64,000 nucleotides of DNA, from positions 64,001 through 128,000 of the forward strand of contig JBESAV010000001.1 of NCBI GenBank assembly GCA_041242255.1, in the 5' to 3' direction. The DNA comes from Candidatus Altimarinota bacterium (lineage in GTDB: Bacteria; Patescibacteriota; Gracilibacteria; UBA1369; GCA-2718715). Position 1 is the stretch's first letter; the number at the start of each line of letters is the position of its first letter. Positions 59,388 to 64,000 of this stretch are shown here, piece after piece. The notes under the pieces were generated by a model. It was given only the letters and a program-made list of their open reading frames with translations. It did no database searches and was not told the origin of the DNA. Made by a program: the position numbers and the translations under genes.

Positions 59388-60687
59388 AAAACAAATTACT
59401 AAACTTTAATGCTTTCTCTAAAACAACCTTATCAAAATTCTCATTAGCCGCATGCATTCCACAATCATAGTTAGCAAATGGAACCAAGAATATCGGCATA
59501 TCAAACATCCTATCTAGATCAGTCACAATAGGTACAGTTCCACCACAATATTTATAAACAGGTTCTTCACCATAAGCTTTTTCCAAAAACTCAGCCACTT
59601 TGAATCCTTCATCTCTATAATCAATCAAAACACCTCTCGCCCCATGATCATATTCAAATTCAAAATCCACATAATCAGGTAACTTCTCTGCAAAATAATC
59701 TTTCAAAAGTTCATACATCTTATCAGGATCCTGAACCGGAGATGTACGCACATTAAACTTAACTTCAGTCTTATGCGGAATAATATTTTTAAAACCTACT
59801 CCAGTATAACCACTCTCAAAACCAGTAACCTCAAATGATGGGTACAATCCTGTCTGTTCCAAGAAAGTCTTCCCCTCAAGTTTTACAACTCCTTTACAAC
59901 CAGATGCAGTTCTATATTCCTCCTCAGAAATATCAACTTGTTTAGCTCTTTCAATATGCTCCTCAGACAAAGTATCTAACCCCTCATAAAACCCATCCAC
60001 CAATATCTTTCCATTATCATCCTTCATTCCAGCCAGAACTCGAATCACCTCATTGTTACTACTTGGTGCATATCCACCATACAACCCAGAGTGAAGATCT
60101 GAATGAGAAGAAGTAACAATCATCTTGAAATTAAACACCCCTCTAAAGCTAAGCTCAATTGTAGGTTTATTTTTATACAATTCACCATCAGAAAGCATCA
60201 AAGCATCAGCCTCAAGCATATCTTTATTTTGCTTCACAAAAGAAACCAAATCCCCTGACCCAGTCTCCTCATCACCTTCCAAAAGAAACTTTACATTATA
60301 TTTTAGTTTACCAGCCTCCATAAGATCAAAAACAGTTGCAACATGCACCATAAACTGACCCTTATTATCAATAGCTCCTCTTCCATAAAATCTCCCATCT
60401 CTCTCAACAAATTCAAAAGGATCACTCTTCCATCCATCACTCATCTCAGCTGGTTGAACATCATAATGACCATAAACTAAAACTGTTGGTAAAGCCTCAT
60501 CAACAACTAAACTTGCAAATACAATCGGATTACCAAATCCATCATAACTACCTACTTCAAAACCTCTATCTTTAAACATTTTCACCAAAAATTCCGAAGT
60601 AGCTCTTACCTCATCTTTAAACTTTTCATCTGTGGAAACAGACTTAAATTTCATAATCTCTTTAGTCAATTTTAAGTAAGTCTCCAT
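59374..60687 (-). CDS. M20 family dipeptidase
   Basis: YGHYDVQP, GRGAIDNKG, EGDEETGS, DLHSG and HAANE. Confidence 0.93.
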   Translation of the reverse strand: METYLKLTKEIMKFKSVSTDEKFKDEVRATSEFLVKMFKDRGFEVGSYDGFGNPIVFASLVVDEALPTVLVYGHYDVQPAEMSDGWKSDPFEFVERDGRFYGRGAIDNKGQFMVHVATVFDLMEAGKLKYNVKFLLEGDEETGSGDLVSFVKQNKDMLEADALMLSDGELYKNKPTIELSFRGVFNFKMIVTSSHSDLHSGLYGGYAPSSNNEVIRVLAGMKDDNGKILVDGFYEGLDTLSEEHIERAKQVDISEEEYRTASGCKGVVKLEGKTFLEQTGLYPSFEVTGFESGYTGVGFKNIIPHKTEVKFNVRTSPVQDPDKMYELLKDYFAEKLPDYVDFEFEYDHGARGVLIDYRDEGFKVAEFLEKAYGEEPVYKYCGGTVPIVTDLDRMFDMPIFLVPFANYDCGMHAANENFDKVVLEKALKFSNLFFGNE

Positions 60688-60756
60688 AAATAATCATTAA
60701 ATTGTAAACAAAAAATACCTCATCAACCAAAAACTTACAATTCAATTACTAGATCT

Positions 60757-63546
60757 TTAAGCCAGACTAACCAAAATATTCTCAATATTTTTCTTTACGC
60801 CTTCACATTTCTCATCCTTCAATCTACTCAAAACATCCTCCAAAACCTCCACAACATTTTCTTTCAAAACATCTCGCATATTTACAACTTGCCCAAGCCC
60901 ACCTAAAATTCTAAAGGTCGTATACTCATTCACTTTCGCCAACTTCACTATCACATCTTTCAAGAAATCTAAACCTTCCTCAGTTTCCAAAGAAACCTTT
61001 CTATTCCCAGCAAATCCAACCAACAAAGCTCTCTGCTGAGATGATTGATTTATATCAAACCAGTCTGCCTTCAAAACACTCTTTATCGCCCCAATCAAAA
61101 GCTTAGGATCACTTATTCCAGATAACACAGAAAGGTAAGATTCCAACCTAACCAGATTCTCAGAAGCCCAATCTTTCTGATCTAACAAATAATCAATCTC
61201 ATCTTCATTTCCTGACCTAGCCATAAGGTTTAAAGCCACAATCCTATCACTTGCAGAGAAACTCTCTTCAAACTGCTTTCTAACTATCTCCCAAACCTTC
61301 TGACTTTTCTCACTAGCTTCCACTTCAACCAAAAGACTCAAAAGCGAATTTTTAACTTCCCTTCTTTTAATCATTTCTATTTCATTCAAGTACCCTCCAA
61401 AACCTTCAACCTCAATACTCTCCCACATACCTAAAAGATCGTCAAAATACTTTTCTACCAATCCAGACTTTATCTTTTTATTCAAATCAAATAGATCCTT
61501 ATACCTATCAGCAAATCCATACTCTCTAACCCCTTTAAACAAAGTCCAAGGCATTGCCCCCTTACTAAAATCGGACACACTATATTGAATCAACTCAAAC
61601 ATAAGCTCCAAAAACTTTTCAGGAACCTCTTCGATATTTCCTCTTAACATATCAACTTTCACACTTTCTTGTATCTCATCCCAAGCCATAAACCGCCCTA
61701 CTACATCATCATCTAGATAAACCTTCTTATATAATTCCTCTTCACTCATTTCAAATTCATAATCTACAAAAGCACTAAAACCAGAGTTAATCGAAACAAA
61801 ATTAACATGATCTAAATCCTCAATATCTACCTCAACTACTTTATCTCTAACCCAGACCAACACACCTCTAGATATCTGCCCCTCATTATCATAAACATCA
61901 ATTTTTAAAGGAAACTCCCAAGGCTCGTCTTCACAATTCAACTGACTTATCTTCAGACTCAAAGTCTTATCTTCAAAACTTTTACTAATCTTTAGCTCAG
62001 GATATCTCAACTTCTTCAACCAGCTATGTGCCATTCCTGAGAGATCATAACCAGAAACCTCCTCCATCGCCTTCACCCAATCCTCTCTTGAAGCATTTCC
62101 ATGTTTAAACCTCGTATGATACCTATCCAATCCCTTCACAAATTTCTCTTTTCCAATCAAAGTTTCAATCATCCTTACAAATTCAGGAGCCTTTACATAA
62201 GTCACACCAGTAATAAGCTCATTTGTATCATTAAAACCATCTGGCTCAATCGGCATTGCAATTGCACTCTTATCTCTAGCCATTACACCAACATCTGGAG
62301 CTACCACTCCTATATATTCTTCTAATCTACAATAATCTTCACCCCACAAAAACCTTGCATACTGCTGCTCTACAAACACTGTAACAGCCTCATTCAACCA
62401 TATCTCAAAAGGACTTCTTCCAGTCACTTCACTACCATTTAAATTATGATAATACTCATGCACTTTTACCGAAATCATATAACTAAAACCTCCATCAGTC
62501 ATATCTTCAAAAGGCATTATCCGATTAGTCACAATAGTTGTATTACCAACATTCTCCATCCCACCAAAATCACTATTTTGCATTCCTATTTCCCTATACA
62601 CAGAACCAGTATACTTGTATCCAAAGTTCAACCCTTTAGCCTCAACCATAAATTTATCGTGCATTTCTTTCCATTTCTTCGAACCATAATCTTCAGTCTC
62701 ACGCTTTTTATAGAGCTTCCAAAGCCTATCCGCTTCCTTTAAATTTTTATATCTATCTTTACCAGTAAATAAATAAACCCACATCACTGCATCAGACAAA
62801 ACCTCAAGCGCTACATTTGCTCTATCTTCATCACTTCCCGGTGGCACCAATAATTCTAATTCAAAATTATCACCGTTCGGATACACAAATTTCTTCTTAA
62901 AAGTATCATAAGTTCCAACCCCTAAGAAAAACAAATATGTTGCCATTGGGGTAACTGAATTATCATATACAATCTTACTCCTTCCATCACCTACTTCACT
63001 TATTGACTGAATCACATCTCCATTCGTAAGCATATTAGTATACCTACTATCTGCAATGATAGTAGTTTTATATGTACATTTTGCTGTCATATCATCAATA
63101 CAAGGCACAATTCTTTGAAACCCCCACTGCTGACATTGAGTAATCTGAGTTTTAGGACAATTTGAAGGAGTCACATCATAATAAAGTCCCTCTAAGATAT
63201 TTTCTGTAGGCCTACATATAGTTTTTGTATAAATCCTTAATTTTTCACCCTCATCATATTCTCTATCCAATACCACCTCCAACAAATCATCATCAGTATA
63301 AACCTTATACTCAGCATCCACACCCTCGACTTTCACACTAAGTATCTCAAGACCTTTTGAGTTAAGATCCAAGCTTTCAATCACCTCTTTTGTTCGTACA
63401 TGCAAAACACTATCTACAACAGTATGATCTTCAAATACATCAAAAATCAAATCCATATGAAGAACATCAACCGTCAAATCACCAAAATCTTCTGGGTAAT
63501 ATTTATAACTTTTTTCTGAACTGTGCTTATCACACATAACAAACAT
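60757..63546 (-). CDS. pepN: Aminopeptidase N (M1 family)
   Basis: GGMEN, HEYYH-x18-E and TQCQQWGF. Confidence 0.9.
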   Translation of the reverse strand: MFVMCDKHSSEKSYKYYPEDFGDLTVDVLHMDLIFDVFEDHTVVDSVLHVRTKEVIESLDLNSKGLEILSVKVEGVDAEYKVYTDDDLLEVVLDREYDEGEKLRIYTKTICRPTENILEGLYYDVTPSNCPKTQITQCQQWGFQRIVPCIDDMTAKCTYKTTIIADSRYTNMLTNGDVIQSISEVGDGRSKIVYDNSVTPMATYLFFLGVGTYDTFKKKFVYPNGDNFELELLVPPGSDEDRANVALEVLSDAVMWVYLFTGKDRYKNLKEADRLWKLYKKRETEDYGSKKWKEMHDKFMVEAKGLNFGYKYTGSVYREIGMQNSDFGGMENVGNTTIVTNRIMPFEDMTDGGFSYMISVKVHEYYHNLNGSEVTGRSPFEIWLNEAVTVFVEQQYARFLWGEDYCRLEEYIGVVAPDVGVMARDKSAIAMPIEPDGFNDTNELITGVTYVKAPEFVRMIETLIGKEKFVKGLDRYHTRFKHGNASREDWVKAMEEVSGYDLSGMAHSWLKKLRYPELKISKSFEDKTLSLKISQLNCEDEPWEFPLKIDVYDNEGQISRGVLVWVRDKVVEVDIEDLDHVNFVSINSGFSAFVDYEFEMSEEELYKKVYLDDDVVGRFMAWDEIQESVKVDMLRGNIEEVPEKFLELMFELIQYSVSDFSKGAMPWTLFKGVREYGFADRYKDLFDLNKKIKSGLVEKYFDDLLGMWESIEVEGFGGYLNEIEMIKRREVKNSLLSLLVEVEASEKSQKVWEIVRKQFEESFSASDRIVALNLMARSGNEDEIDYLLDQKDWASENLVRLESYLSVLSGISDPKLLIGAIKSVLKADWFDINQSSQQRALLVGFAGNRKVSLETEEGLDFLKDVIVKLAKVNEYTTFRILGGLGQVVNMRDVLKENVVEVLEDVLSRLKDEKCEGVKKNIENILVSLA

Positions 63547-63600
63547 TAATTCAGCAAAATAATATCAAAAAAGAAAATTCTTTAAACCAAAGACACTAGA

Positions 63601-64000
63601 CTAAAACAACGTATCTTGTGCTGGCTCATCAATCTCCAAAACTCCCCTCTTTATCAACTCCTGCAAACAGTTTCCAGTAGCCACAACGTCAGCTAAAGCA
63701 TTATGAGCATTCTCAAATCCTTCATTAAAAAGAAACATATGCAATTCAGCTAATTTAGGAGCCTTATATCCACCCAAGCGCCCAGGCAGTCTACACATAT
63801 CTTTAGTACTCATCATAGTATCAAAAACATTTTCCGGTAAAAACTCTTTTGAATAACCAGAACGAATCAATTCATTTGCAATAACATCCCTATCAAAACT
63901 AATATTGTGAGCTACCGCCATATCACACCTCCCAAAAATCTCTAACAACCTAGGAGCATACTCTTGAAAAGTTGGGGCATCCTGTACCATCTCAGAAGTA
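63601..64000 (-). CDS. DEDDh 3'-5' exonuclease (5' end outside the window)
   Basis: AHNISFD, DTM and AHNALAD. Confidence 0.88.
   Translation of the reverse strand, partial: TSEMVQDAPTFQEYAPRLLEIFGRCDMAVAHNISFDRDVIANELIRSGYSKEFLPENVFDTMMSTKDMCRLPGRLGGYKAPKLAELHMFLFNEGFENAHNALADVVATGNCLQELIKRGVLEIDEPAQDTLF

Noticed and set aside
484-62742. Many short antisense or overlapping ORFs (e.g. 1345-1674, 10658-11062, 31102-31617, 39468-39782, 42995-43300)
   Set aside because: They lie within well-supported genes, lack motifs, and are explained by strand compositional skew.
1-64000. Genetic code 25 (TGA=Gly, as in Gracilibacteria/Absconditabacteria)
   Set aside because: Long conserved genes are uninterrupted under code 11, and TGA serves as stop in ATGA overlaps such as 16652-16655.

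Overview
Low-GC bacterial chromosome segment with long intact ORFs under genetic code 11. Most genes lie on the - strand, and the start regions I checked are mostly AT-rich without a Shine-Dalgarno motif. Gene content (many lipoproteins, peptidases, ATP-grasp ligases, a type IV pilus operon led by a two-component system) suggests a Patescibacteria/CPR organism, possibly Peregrinibacteria-like; this is an inference. Housekeeping content includes rpmB, typA/bipA, tRNA-Ser(GGA), a probable 6S RNA, an ABC-F protein, an M1 aminopeptidase, an M20 peptidase and a DEDDh exonuclease. The standout is a ~7.4-kb integrative element (19049-26504) inserted in the anticodon loop of the host tRNA-Thr(GGT), with a 9-bp ATGGTAAGG direct repeat. 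The host tRNA is left split in two halves and is not repaired in the usual way. Instead the element carries its own complete, different-sequence tRNA-Thr(GGT) downstream of the host tRNA promoter. It also encodes two convergent XerC/D-like tyrosine recombinases, an ABC/AAA ATPase + PIN nuclease pair (candidate defence module) and a SHOCT/Zn-ribbon protein. A non-coding block holds three ~200-bp repeats with co-varying stems and a 17-bp palindrome each, followed by a highly structured ~120-nt RNA with alternative or pseudoknot pairing. All product calls come from reading motifs by eye; no database searches were run.
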